Virus record (IMG/VR): IMGVR_UViG_3300027796_000005
Strand: one strand, 5' to 3'
Source of the DNA: a virus
DNA: 42,013 nt
The notes beneath the pieces were generated by a model that saw only the letters and a list, made by a program, of their open reading frames with translations, was not told the DNA's origin and ran no database searches. The translations under genes were made by a program, and so were the position numbers. Below are positions 17,640-25,812 of the stretch, in pieces; position 1 is the first letter of the stretch, and each line of letters starts with the position of its first letter.

Positions 17640-18076
17640 ACAAACTATTTTTAAAAGTGAGCAGCCTTTCAGCTGCCAACAAAGCTCATGAGGAGCTTCA
17701 GATCATTGCCAGTAAATGGCATCACGTTCTGGTTGATGGTAAAGTGCTTGAGAATCTCGTGGTTGAACTTCAACAGGAGATTGCACGCATTAATGAGAAG
17801 TACACGCGCTGTAAAGACATCACAATGAATGTATCACGGAATACACATGGCTTCACCGGTGAATACAAAGGCATTTACAATATCTCCGTTGATGGTAACT
17901 TCTACATTTCTGTTCACGAGGTTAAAAGTGAAGTGTTGACAAATGATCCGCTTATAATGCTTCTAACGTTACAGCAAAGTGTTTTTCAAAATTTTGATAA
18001 TGGAAAAATGAAGAAGGATCGGTTCATTCGAATAACTAAAGACGTAATCAACTCAATAATAAAGGAAAAATTATGA
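17636..18076 (+). CDS. Hypothetical protein
   Basis: 146-aa ORF with an ATGA overlap to the upstream gene. Confidence 0.55.
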   Translation: MNKLFLKVSSLSAANKAHEELQIIASKWHHVLVDGKVLENLVVELQQEIARINEKYTRCKDITMNVSRNTHGFTGEYKGIYNISVDGNFYISVHEVKSEVLTNDPLIMLLTLQQSVFQNFDNGKMKKDRFIRITKDVINSIIKEKL

Positions 18077-18216
18077 ACGAAGAACTAAAAGGGTCAAATG
18101 ACCAACTTATTGAAAAGTTTATTAAAGACAACGACTTGTCATTATTGGATTTGGAATTGTTTTTGTGTGCACGAGGAATTGTTTGCGTTTCAGATGATGA
18201 AATCATTAATAAATGA
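18073..18216 (+). CDS. Hypothetical small protein (47 aa)
   Basis: ATG at 18073 overlaps the upstream stop (ATGA). Hand translation gives MNEELKGSNDQLIEKFIKDNDLSLLDLELFLCARGIVCVSDDEIINK*. Confidence 0.4.
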   Translation: MNEELKGSNDQLIEKFIKDNDLSLLDLELFLCARGIVCVSDDEIINK

Positions 18217-18222
18217 ATTACA

Positions 18223-18588
18223 ATGAGAATACCAATTTCAAAAGCAAAGAAGATCCGCGAAGAATTAAACCTTACTCACCTGGTTATATTCGGGATCGAC
18301 AACGATGGTATTAACCATGTAGTAACTCACGGAGGATCGCTAAAACAAGCTAAAGAAGCAGCCGATTATGGCAACAATATAAAAAGGTTATTAGGCTGGC
18401 CATTACAATTATGTAAGGAAACTCCACTAGAAAGGATCTGTGAGAATTGCGCTATTTGGCGCCGCCATCAAATCAATCACAATAGCATATCGCCTGGACC
18501 ATATTCTGGTTTATGCTTTTATGGTCCTGTTAAGGTAGAGCGATACTCAAACGATATAGCATGTAATCACTTTGAACCAAAAATATAG
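18223..18588 (+). CDS. Hypothetical Cys-rich protein
   Basis: 121-aa ORF. No family recognised. Confidence 0.55.
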   Translation: MRIPISKAKKIREELNLTHLVIFGIDNDGINHVVTHGGSLKQAKEAADYGNNIKRLLGWPLQLCKETPLERICENCAIWRRHQINHNSISPGPYSGLCFYGPVKVERYSNDIACNHFEPKI

Positions 18589-18621
18589 CCTTGGGCAGGC
18601 TTTGTAAAACCCTAATTTAAT

Positions 18622-18969
18622 ATGGAAGAAAATTTGAGTTTTGGACATGCAATCGAAGCCTTGAAGCAAGGCAAAAGAGTAGCAAGACAAGGGTGGAATG
18701 GCAAAGGCATGTTTATTTTCATGCGCCCTGCCGATCAGTTGAACGTAGAGTTTGTTGTTGATAAAGTAAAATCACTTCCTAAAAGTGTAAAAGATTACTA
18801 TTTGAATGACATTATCGACGAAAATGGAGAAAGAGTTCCTGTCGCAGAAGATGATGTTGTACAGTTTACAGCATACCTTTGTCTAAAAGCTGCTGATGGT
18901 ACTATTGTAAACGGATGGCTTGCGACACAAACAGACATCCTTGCGGAGGACTGGACAATTATTGACTAA
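18622..18969 (+). CDS. DUF2829-family protein (Tad2-like candidate anti-Thoeris sponge)
   Basis: The N-terminal FGHAIEALKQGKRVARQGWNGKGMFIF and the C-terminal NGWLATQTDILAEDWTI are the two hallmark blocks of DUF2829. Confidence 0.75.
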   Translation: MEENLSFGHAIEALKQGKRVARQGWNGKGMFIFMRPADQLNVEFVVDKVKSLPKSVKDYYLNDIIDENGERVPVAEDDVVQFTAYLCLKAADGTIVNGWLATQTDILAEDWTIID

Positions 18970-18978
18970 TCCATTCGC

Positions 18979-19310
18979 GAGCGCCGGCGTGAGCCGTAAT
19001 GAACCGTATCCCGGTTTGAGAGTACCGCTCCAGGCGGTATGATCAGATCGGGATTCCTTATTCTATACCTCCCTACGAAGTGCCTCCCTACGCATACGCG
19101 CCCGTTAGGGCTATTAAATTCATCCGGGATAGTGTGCCTGCCCTTTGCAGAATGCTGCCCCGGATTCCTTATATCCCCTCCTCGGAGGGGCAGGGGTGGG
19201 TTACCTCCGCGAAGCTCCGGCCAACCTCCGGTGGAATACCCTGCGAGCGGTTGACTATGTTTTTAGTCATCCGGCGCCCTCCCTTCCTTCTCCCTTCAAC
19301 CCTATTTTTT
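18979..19310. ncRNA. Candidate structured non-coding element (GC-rich, duplicated hairpin modules)
   Basis: No credible ORF; all three plus frames are open by composition. Nested helices are 19008-13/19049-54 around 19023-28/19034-39, then 19122-28/19159-65. Hairpins lie at 19175-19190 and 19252-19269. A possible closing helix joins 18981-87 to 19271-77. GGATTCCTTAT follows both outer helices. Confidence 0.35.
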
Positions 19311-19318
19311 CAAAAAAA

Positions 19319-19593
19319 GTTGTAATCTGTAATTTTTATATATATTCTCCGAAGAATCAAGCAAATAGAAGATTACAAAAAAATTACAACTTTAATTTGA
19401 ATTTGTAATTTAAAAAGATGTAAATATCCTTTATTGCCTCCTGTTCTTACAAATTACAGAAATTACAAACTTTTTTCAGTTTTGTAACACCTGAAAATCA
19501 ATTCATTACAAACTCTTTCAAAACCTTCTGTAATTTCAAAACCGATTGAATATGAATATGTTGTAAGGGCGAAAAACAAGAAATTACAACTTT
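19319..19593. repeat. Iteron-like array of ATTACA/TGTAAT motifs (consensus about AAATTACAA)
   Basis: Ten exact hexamers at 19321, 19328, 19372, 19383, 19404, 19453, 19462, 19505, 19529 and 19583, plus three one-mismatch copies. AAATTACAACTTT occurs exactly at 19381 and 19581. Confidence 0.75.
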
Positions 19594-19723
19594 TTGCCGA
19601 TTTTTGCCCAAAAAATAGGGGTATGGTTTTTTTAGCGGTTTTCCCATCAATGCAATTTTGCTTCCCGTATTGTGAAATATTCTTTCATTTTTTTCGTAAA
19701 TTCGTTTCCTAATCGTTTACGAT

Positions 19724-20284
19724 ATGATTCAGGAACCAGAAACCAATATTCCAACTGTCACTTTCGATTTACCTCCTATACTTGAAGCATACTGCCGTTT
19801 TGCGTTAGAAATACCTGTCGATCAGGAGATAATTACAGTTAATCGTACCAATGACATAGGTAAAGCCTTGAGCGGATTTTTAACAAAAACAAAATTAAAA
19901 ACAAAATTACCATTGATTATCAATCCGGTAACTTTTACTGTACCTGTTACCAGGTATAATTACTATTCATTGCAATCAAATTTTTTTTATATCTCAGCTG
20001 AAAATCAACAGCAAATTGAAGATGTAATTGAGGTTCTCTTCAATTGTTGGCTCGACGTTTTTTTCAGTGATGGATATAAAATGAATCTAACACAGCTCGA
20101 CATTATCGAATGTGTTCTCGATGTATTAAATATACGTATGAATGCAGCAAATTTCGACCAAATTAAAAAACGTGACTACCGAAAAGGCAAGTCGGATATA
20201 CGTGTACGGTCGCAACTTATTCTAAAACAAAGATTATCAGCCGTTTCAAACAATAAAAAATATTTTTCTCACATTCAGGCCTAA
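19724..20284 (+). CDS. Hypothetical protein, first gene after the iteron region
   Basis: 186-aa ORF. No motif recognised. Confidence 0.55.
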   Translation: MIQEPETNIPTVTFDLPPILEAYCRFALEIPVDQEIITVNRTNDIGKALSGFLTKTKLKTKLPLIINPVTFTVPVTRYNYYSLQSNFFYISAENQQQIEDVIEVLFNCWLDVFFSDGYKMNLTQLDIIECVLDVLNIRMNAANFDQIKKRDYRKGKSDIRVRSQLILKQRLSAVSNNKKYFSHIQA

Positions 20285-20345
20285 AAAAGCGATATAAATG
20301 AGAAAAACTGAGGTTCAATATATTAAGAACATAAAATAAAATAAA

Positions 20346-20726
20346 ATGAGCAACTCCGGGATCATCACCAAAATTGAATTCAAATACCAGGAATCCGATT
20401 CGTATACACAGATCGGTTTCATTCCTGAAAGTGCCAAACTCTACCAAACTGCCCAAAAAGAGGCAGGCGGATGGGTATATACTACCAAAGTGCCGTTCAA
20501 AATTGCCAAAAACGAAGCTTCAACGGTTGAACCCATTGTAACCCTATTGCGCCGGAAGGCAATTTACAAGCTCACCGATGGCAATGGCACCACATACACA
20601 ATAGGTAACGATGAGATAAAAGCCTCGCTGGGATTAACCATTGGCGTTGGTGGAAGCGCCGGTTCATTCAATGGCCGTGAGGTAGAAATCGCCTGTACTT
20701 CTGATACAATGCTGGTAATTGCCTGA
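20346..20726 (+). CDS. Hypothetical protein followed by its own strong terminator
   Basis: 126-aa ORF. The terminator lies at 20763-20795. Confidence 0.6.
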   Translation: MSNSGIITKIEFKYQESDSYTQIGFIPESAKLYQTAQKEAGGWVYTTKVPFKIAKNEASTVEPIVTLLRRKAIYKLTDGNGTTYTIGNDEIKASLGLTIGVGGSAGSFNGREVEIACTSDTMLVIA

Positions 20727-20762
20727 GAAAATAAGTCCTTTAAAAGCCCTACATACTAATGT

Positions 20763-20795
20763 AACCTTGTATTCTACCAAAATACAAGGTTTTTT
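20763..20795 (+). terminator. Intrinsic terminator
   Basis: AACCTTGTATT pairs with AATACAAGGTT (11 bp) around loop CTACCAA, followed by TTTT. It ends at the ATG of the protease gene. Confidence 0.8.
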
Positions 20796-21845
20796 ATGGC
20801 CAAAAAATCAAAACAGAAGTACTATGATTTAATAGTAGACAAGGAAAATAAAACCACCGAAATCCTTATTTATGGGGTTATTGGTGACAGTTGGTTTGAA
20901 GAATCAACAACTGCAAAACAATTTGTTGCCGATTTCCGCAATGCCGAAAAGGATTCAGACCGGATCAACATTCGTCTTAACTCACCAGGTGGATCGGTTT
21001 TCGACGGATTGGCAATATTTAACGCAATTTCAGCCAGCACAAAAGAAATACACACCTATAATGATGGAGTTTGTGCAAGCATGGCCGCTGTATTGCTTTT
21101 ATCAGTTGCAGGGAAAAATGTACATCCAGCATTCAACAGCCTTATCATGCTCCATTCGCCTTCAACCTGTGCATGTGGTAACAAATCACAACTTCAGGCT
21201 GCTATTGACATTCTTGACAAATGCCAGTCAGCACTGGTTAGTTCAATTTGTAAAAATACCGGGTTGGATGCAAAGGATGTTGAAAAGAAGTATTTCGACA
21301 ATAAAGATCATTGGTTTACTGCCGATGAAGCTCTACAGGAAGGATTTTACTCGCAAATTGAAGATGATGTGGCCGAAAATGTTCCTGAGAATGCTTCAAC
21401 CATGAAATTCTCAGACCTCATTAAATATTTCGATCCAAAGAACTCGATTATGTGGCCCAAAGATGAAGAATCATCTGAGGAAGATGAGGAAGAAACTACC
21501 GAAGAAATTTTAGATCAAATAGATATGGATATTAAAAAACTAACGGCGGCTTATAAGTTGCCTGAAGACAGCACTGAGGATGCCATTGTTGCACACGTTG
21601 CAAAGCGTGAGCAGGAAATTGCAGACCTCACCACAGCCAAAACAAAGGCTGAAACCGACCTCGCTACAGCTAACCAAACCATTGTGGACAAAGATGCTGT
21701 AATAGCTACTCTCAAAAAAGAACCAGGCGAAAAAACAGCCACGGTTACTACTGATACCGACACATCAAAAGGAACATCAAAAGATGAACCCAATGATTTT
21801 TGGACTGCGTTACATGCAAATCTTGAAATTGTAAATTCGAAATAA
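20796..21845 (+). CDS. ClpP-like (S14/S49) prohead protease fused to an acidic coiled-coil scaffold-like region
   Basis: IRLNSPGGSVFDGLAIFNAI....NDGVCASMAAVLLL...MLHSPS is a Clp-type serine protease core. The C-terminal half is rich in E/D and coiled coil. Confidence 0.8.
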   Translation: MAKKSKQKYYDLIVDKENKTTEILIYGVIGDSWFEESTTAKQFVADFRNAEKDSDRINIRLNSPGGSVFDGLAIFNAISASTKEIHTYNDGVCASMAAVLLLSVAGKNVHPAFNSLIMLHSPSTCACGNKSQLQAAIDILDKCQSALVSSICKNTGLDAKDVEKKYFDNKDHWFTADEALQEGFYSQIEDDVAENVPENASTMKFSDLIKYFDPKNSIMWPKDEESSEEDEEETTEEILDQIDMDIKKLTAAYKLPEDSTEDAIVAHVAKREQEIADLTTAKTKAETDLATANQTIVDKDAVIATLKKEPGEKTATVTTDTDTSKGTSKDEPNDFWTALHANLEIVNSK

Positions 21846-21846
21846 A

Positions 21847-23082
21847 ATGATCGAAATTAATCAAGCTCTTATTGATGCTGGCATAAAGTACAAAAAACAG
21901 TTACTTTCAATGCCGGTTGCTGCCTTAGCCAAAGTATTCCCTTACATTACTATTGAACCAGGGATTCAAGGTAAAACAATGGGTGGAGTTCTCACTACTG
22001 ATGCGGAGTTAAGGCCATATCGCACTGAAAAAGGTGCAAGTGATAACACTACAATTACTCCATTTGAATGGGAAACCTATTTGGGTGATGTGGTGAAGGA
22101 ATTTGACCCATACAAATTAATGGGTTCATTGTACACCTCTCCTACTGCAACGAAACCTACAGAACAGGAAATTGCTAAACGGGTGGCTTTAGAAATGGCT
22201 AAAAAAGTAGGCCATGCACTTTATCTTCAGCTATTCAAGGCTGTTCGCAATTCTCTGGGTGAAAATACAGCAACCTTATTCAATGGTTATGCTACTCTCA
22301 TTCAAGGTCAGATTACAGCCGGAATCATCTCATTATTAAACGGCAATTATCTTGACATGTCAGGAACTCAAATGACTGTTGACAATGTAGGTGATATTCT
22401 TGTTGGTTTTTGGGAAGGTGCTCAAGAAGAATTAAAAGACATTGAATCATTTATGTACATTCCATCATTTGTTATTGAAATGTACAATAAATGGCATCAA
22501 ACAGAATATGGAGTTACAGCTCCGTGGTCGAATGGGAATGCACCCAAAGTACTTCCGGGAACAAACGACATGTGTACACTAGTTCCTTTAGGCAATATGG
22601 CTGGCACTCCATTTATTTTCATTTCGGTGAAGGAAAATGTGAAGATTGGTGTTGACCAGATGAGTGACACTGAAAAAGTAGAAATCAGAAGGTGCGACAA
22701 TCCTAAGCTTGTTCAATTTTTTATGACCTCATATTTTGGAGTTGGCTTCGAAACCTTCGACAAAACGTTATTCAAAGCAATGCGTTATACATCAAGCGCC
22801 ATTGTGCCTATTGCTAATTTGGCAAACAGCGCTAAAGCTGCTACCACAGCAACCTTTACCTGGACAGCTCCAACCGGGGCAACCACTCAGGTATTACAAC
22901 AGAGCCTCGATGGTTTGGCATGGGCCAACTGTGCAACTGCAGCCGCTATTACCGCAACCTCAGCAACCGCTCAGGCTACCGGCTTAACTGCCGAAACTGA
23001 ATACCAATTCAGGGTTGTTGTAACCGGTGGACAAAATGCCGGTGTATCGAATGTAGTAACCGTAACCACAAGCGCAGCATAG
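21847..23082 (+). CDS. Putative major capsid protein with C-terminal fibronectin-type-III-like domain
   Basis: 411 aa, immediately after the protease/scaffold gene. The C-terminal ATFTWTAPTGATTQVLQQS.DG..W......TGLTAETEYQFRVVV matches the Fn3 pattern. Confidence 0.6.
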   Translation: MIEINQALIDAGIKYKKQLLSMPVAALAKVFPYITIEPGIQGKTMGGVLTTDAELRPYRTEKGASDNTTITPFEWETYLGDVVKEFDPYKLMGSLYTSPTATKPTEQEIAKRVALEMAKKVGHALYLQLFKAVRNSLGENTATLFNGYATLIQGQITAGIISLLNGNYLDMSGTQMTVDNVGDILVGFWEGAQEELKDIESFMYIPSFVIEMYNKWHQTEYGVTAPWSNGNAPKVLPGTNDMCTLVPLGNMAGTPFIFISVKENVKIGVDQMSDTEKVEIRRCDNPKLVQFFMTSYFGVGFETFDKTLFKAMRYTSSAIVPIANLANSAKAATTATFTWTAPTGATTQVLQQSLDGLAWANCATAAAITATSATAQATGLTAETEYQFRVVVTGGQNAGVSNVVTVTTSAA

Positions 23083-23083
23083 T

Positions 23084-23674
23084 ATGTCACTATTTGAAAA
23101 TATGGGATGGACCGACGGACAAATAAACCCGTCGGGCATCGGTACCGAAGTGTACTACATCCCCAAATCTGATTTAGCTGTTGGAGGTTTTCCTTCAGTA
23201 GTTGCAGCTCCTGCAACTGCCGCTGAAAATGTTCAGCTAAGTGGTGATTTCACACTGAAGGCTCTCAAAACTTGGTTCCGTCTCCACTCTACCCAGGGTA
23301 AAGGTGATGTCACATTCGAGCCGGTTGGCGAAAAAGAATGCAAGATGGTGATCAACAAAGGGAAATTTTCTTTTCCTGACATTAGCAATGCGGCCAAAAG
23401 CCATGCAAAACAGGCATTGAATTCAAGCCTCATCTACTGTGTTAAATTACCACATCAGAGCGAAAAACGTTACCTTATTATTGGTGATGCCGATTATGAT
23501 ACCGAAAGTAAAGTAACAGGTAACTCTGGAGCTGAACCCGGAAGCGCTAAAGGATTAACATTCGAAGTCGAATGCCCATCGTTCACTCCGCTACCAGGTT
23601 ATACTGGTGACATCGTTTTAAGCGATGGTACGCTCGACTGTGCTACCGGTGTATTTACACCAACTGCAGGATAA
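23084..23674 (+). CDS. Hypothetical structural-module protein
   Basis: 196-aa ORF directly after the capsid gene and followed by a terminator. Confidence 0.55.
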   Translation: MSLFENMGWTDGQINPSGIGTEVYYIPKSDLAVGGFPSVVAAPATAAENVQLSGDFTLKALKTWFRLHSTQGKGDVTFEPVGEKECKMVINKGKFSFPDISNAAKSHAKQALNSSLIYCVKLPHQSEKRYLIIGDADYDTESKVTGNSGAEPGSAKGLTFEVECPSFTPLPGYTGDIVLSDGTLDCATGVFTPTAG

Positions 23675-23700
23675 GTAACTTTAAAAACTTAAATAATAAA

Positions 23701-23745
23701 CCCCGGCTCGTCCGCGATGACTATCGGGATCGGGCTGGGGTTTTT
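23701..23745 (+). terminator. Intrinsic terminator
   Basis: CCCCGGCTCG (23701-10) pairs with CGGGCTGGGG (23731-40), including G-U wobbles, followed by TTTTT. Confidence 0.7.
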
Positions 23746-23757
23746 AATTCAAAGTGT

Positions 23758-24549
23758 ATGAATGATACAACAAAAACAACAGAATATCAGAAGGAAATCA
23801 ATGATTGGTTTGCTTCCGGCAGAGATTTCAACGAGGGCTACTTGCTTTTCGTTCGCTTCTCTCACAACCGCGCGTTAGCTATGCAGCTGGCCCGTAAGGG
23901 TGCAACAATGCAAAGTAAACTGGAGTATGAATTGACCAAGATACTCGAACGGGGATTGATAATCGAACGTCCTGTTTTGCCGATTGGCCAGGTAAAAAAA
24001 GTAGTTGCACCGGTAATTGAAAAGAAAGCTGCAATTGCTTCAGAGTTAGCTCCTATTGATAAAATCTTAAACAAACAGGAAAAAGTTCTGGTTTGGCACG
24101 ATGGGAAAGTAGACTATGAGTCACTTAGCGATCAGCAAAAAGCTTGGTACGATTCCAACCGCGATATGTATAAGGAAATGCGCAGCTGGCATGAAAAAAT
24201 GAAGCTGGCCACTACCGATGAGGAACGTGCCGGTTTCCGATCAAAAGTGGTTGAATTTGATGATCAAATTCGCGAAAACTGGAAACAGTTCGATGCAACG
24301 ATTGAAGTGCCGAAAGGATCTGCAGATGATAAAAAAGAGAAAAAAGAATCTGATCCGGTAAAGGCAATTACAAACGCCCGGTCCTACCTTTCTAAAAATC
24401 TTCCAAAGCTTGAAAATTTAACGGGTAAAAAACTCGATAAAATGAAAGCTGAATTGAAGGCACGCTATGAGTCAATTATTGCTGCCAGCCAGGCTGTCGA
24501 TGAAAAGACAATTGCAAAACTCAAATCCTGTGGAATTATCGTGGAATAA
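23758..24549 (+). CDS. Hypothetical protein
   Basis: 263-aa ORF, charged and helical. No motif recognised. Confidence 0.55.
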   Translation: MNDTTKTTEYQKEINDWFASGRDFNEGYLLFVRFSHNRALAMQLARKGATMQSKLEYELTKILERGLIIERPVLPIGQVKKVVAPVIEKKAAIASELAPIDKILNKQEKVLVWHDGKVDYESLSDQQKAWYDSNRDMYKEMRSWHEKMKLATTDEERAGFRSKVVEFDDQIRENWKQFDATIEVPKGSADDKKEKKESDPVKAITNARSYLSKNLPKLENLTGKKLDKMKAELKARYESIIAASQAVDEKTIAKLKSCGIIVE

Positions 24550-24988
24550 CGATATAGCTGTTAAGCTTTCACAGGATATACAGAGTCACGACGTTTTTGA
24601 TTTTATCCTGGATGAATGTAAAAGAGCTGATAAATTGATTATCGGCTCTTTTGCCATGAATGAAGCTTATGTGAGGCGGATCATCCGCAACCGGGAGAGG
24701 ATCTCTTCCCTTGAAGTGTTTCTCGACCTAACGGTTGCCGATCGGAGCCCGTCGAACACCATCTATATTTCAGAAAACGTCGATGCCCTGTACTTAACCA
24801 GCAACCATTCAAAATTTATTTACTGCCGTGGAGAAAAGCAGATGCTGGCCGTGATGAGCAACAATGCAACCAATAACCACCGGTTCGAACTTCAGGTATT
24901 TATACGTGAAAAAGGGTTGATTGCCGATTTCCTGCAACAATACGAAATTATGAAAGCTGAAAGTTTGCGCTATGGAGCTGACCAATGA
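24467..24988 (+). CDS. PLD-like (HKD-type) domain protein; start uncertain
   Basis: ADKLIIGSFAMNEAYV...LTSNHSKFIYCRGEKQMLAVMSNNATN resembles a single H-x-K...S-x-N PLD/Nuc motif with non-canonical spacing. The ATGs at 24467 and 24500 overlap the upstream gene, and GTG at 24530 is an alternative start. Confidence 0.4.
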   Translation: MSQLLLPARLSMKRQLQNSNPVELSWNNDIAVKLSQDIQSHDVFDFILDECKRADKLIIGSFAMNEAYVRRIIRNRERISSLEVFLDLTVADRSPSNTIYISENVDALYLTSNHSKFIYCRGEKQMLAVMSNNATNNHRFELQVFIREKGLIADFLQQYEIMKAESLRYGADQ

Positions 24989-25247
24989 CCAACTTACACA
25001 GATTGAAGAATACGCTTCGTTGTTCTGCAGCATCGATGAAATTGCGTTGCTTATCGATGTTCGCGAGGGTGATCTGCGTCGGGAGATCCGTAACAAAAAC
25101 AGCGATGCAGCCAGGTACTATTTCCGCGGAAAACTAACAACTCAAGTAAAACTAAGGCGGCAAACCAAACTATTCGCCGAAAAAGGAAGCCCCCAGGCTG
25201 AGCAGACCATGAAACAACTGTACGAAAAACAATCCAGCAATGAGTAG
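24972..25247 (+). CDS. Small HTH-like protein in the packaging module
   Basis: 91 aa. IEEYASLFCSIDEIALLIDVREGDLRREI resembles a DNA-binding HTH. Located upstream of the terminase genes. Confidence 0.4.
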   Translation: MELTNDQLTQIEEYASLFCSIDEIALLIDVREGDLRREIRNKNSDAARYYFRGKLTTQVKLRRQTKLFAEKGSPQAEQTMKQLYEKQSSNE

Positions 25248-25812
25248 AGAGCATCCAATAGATAGGTTTCGAAACGTGATGTTTAACAATGCGAAGGAAA
25301 CTGAACTTACTGAAGCTGAACAAAAACAGCTTACCAGATATAGAGATGCATTCGTTCAGAGCCTTGACAATCCACTGATTCGTGATACAGAACTGCGCGA
25401 TTACCTCATTAATAATTACCGGATCTCCGACTCTCAAGCTTACCGTGATCTGGCAAACATTCGCATTCTCCTGGGCAATGTCCGAAATGCCAATAAGGAA
25501 TGGGTACGCTATATGGTTATTGAAGGCTTAAAAAAGCAATACTTTGATGCCGATGCTGAAGGTAAGCAACGTGAAGCGATCATGGCACTTGATAAACTCG
25601 GTAAATACAATCGTCTCGACAAAGAAGATCTAGAGGAACTTCCATTTGATAAGGTGATCCCGGTCGACTGGGAAGCAACAACAGATATTTCAGTACTCGG
25701 AATCAAACCGATGGAAAACAGAAAGGAAGAAATTCAGAAGCTCCTTAAAAAATACGCTGATGATATCGAAATTGAAGATATCGACTACCAGGAAGTAACC
25801 GACAATGACTGA
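25240..25812 (+). CDS. Putative terminase small subunit (positional call)
   Basis: 190-aa ORF whose end overlaps the terL start by 8 nt. No diagnostic motif recognised. Confidence 0.4.
   Translation: MSREHPIDRFRNVMFNNAKETELTEAEQKQLTRYRDAFVQSLDNPLIRDTELRDYLINNYRISDSQAYRDLANIRILLGNVRNANKEWVRYMVIEGLKKQYFDADAEGKQREAIMALDKLGKYNRLDKEDLEELPFDKVIPVDWEATTDISVLGIKPMENRKEEIQKLLKKYADDIEIEDIDYQEVTDND

Noticed and set aside
19039-19408. Three overlapping plus-strand ORFs (19039..19254, 19080..19325, 19145..19408) in the GC-rich region
   Set aside because: All three frames are open at once, the products are low-complexity and P/R/G-rich, and the region is full of helices. This is a composition artefact of a C/T-rich non-coding element.
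20872-21405. 177-aa plus ORF overlapping the protease gene in another frame
   Set aside because: The protease frame carries a clear ClpP-like motif. The alternative frame has no features.
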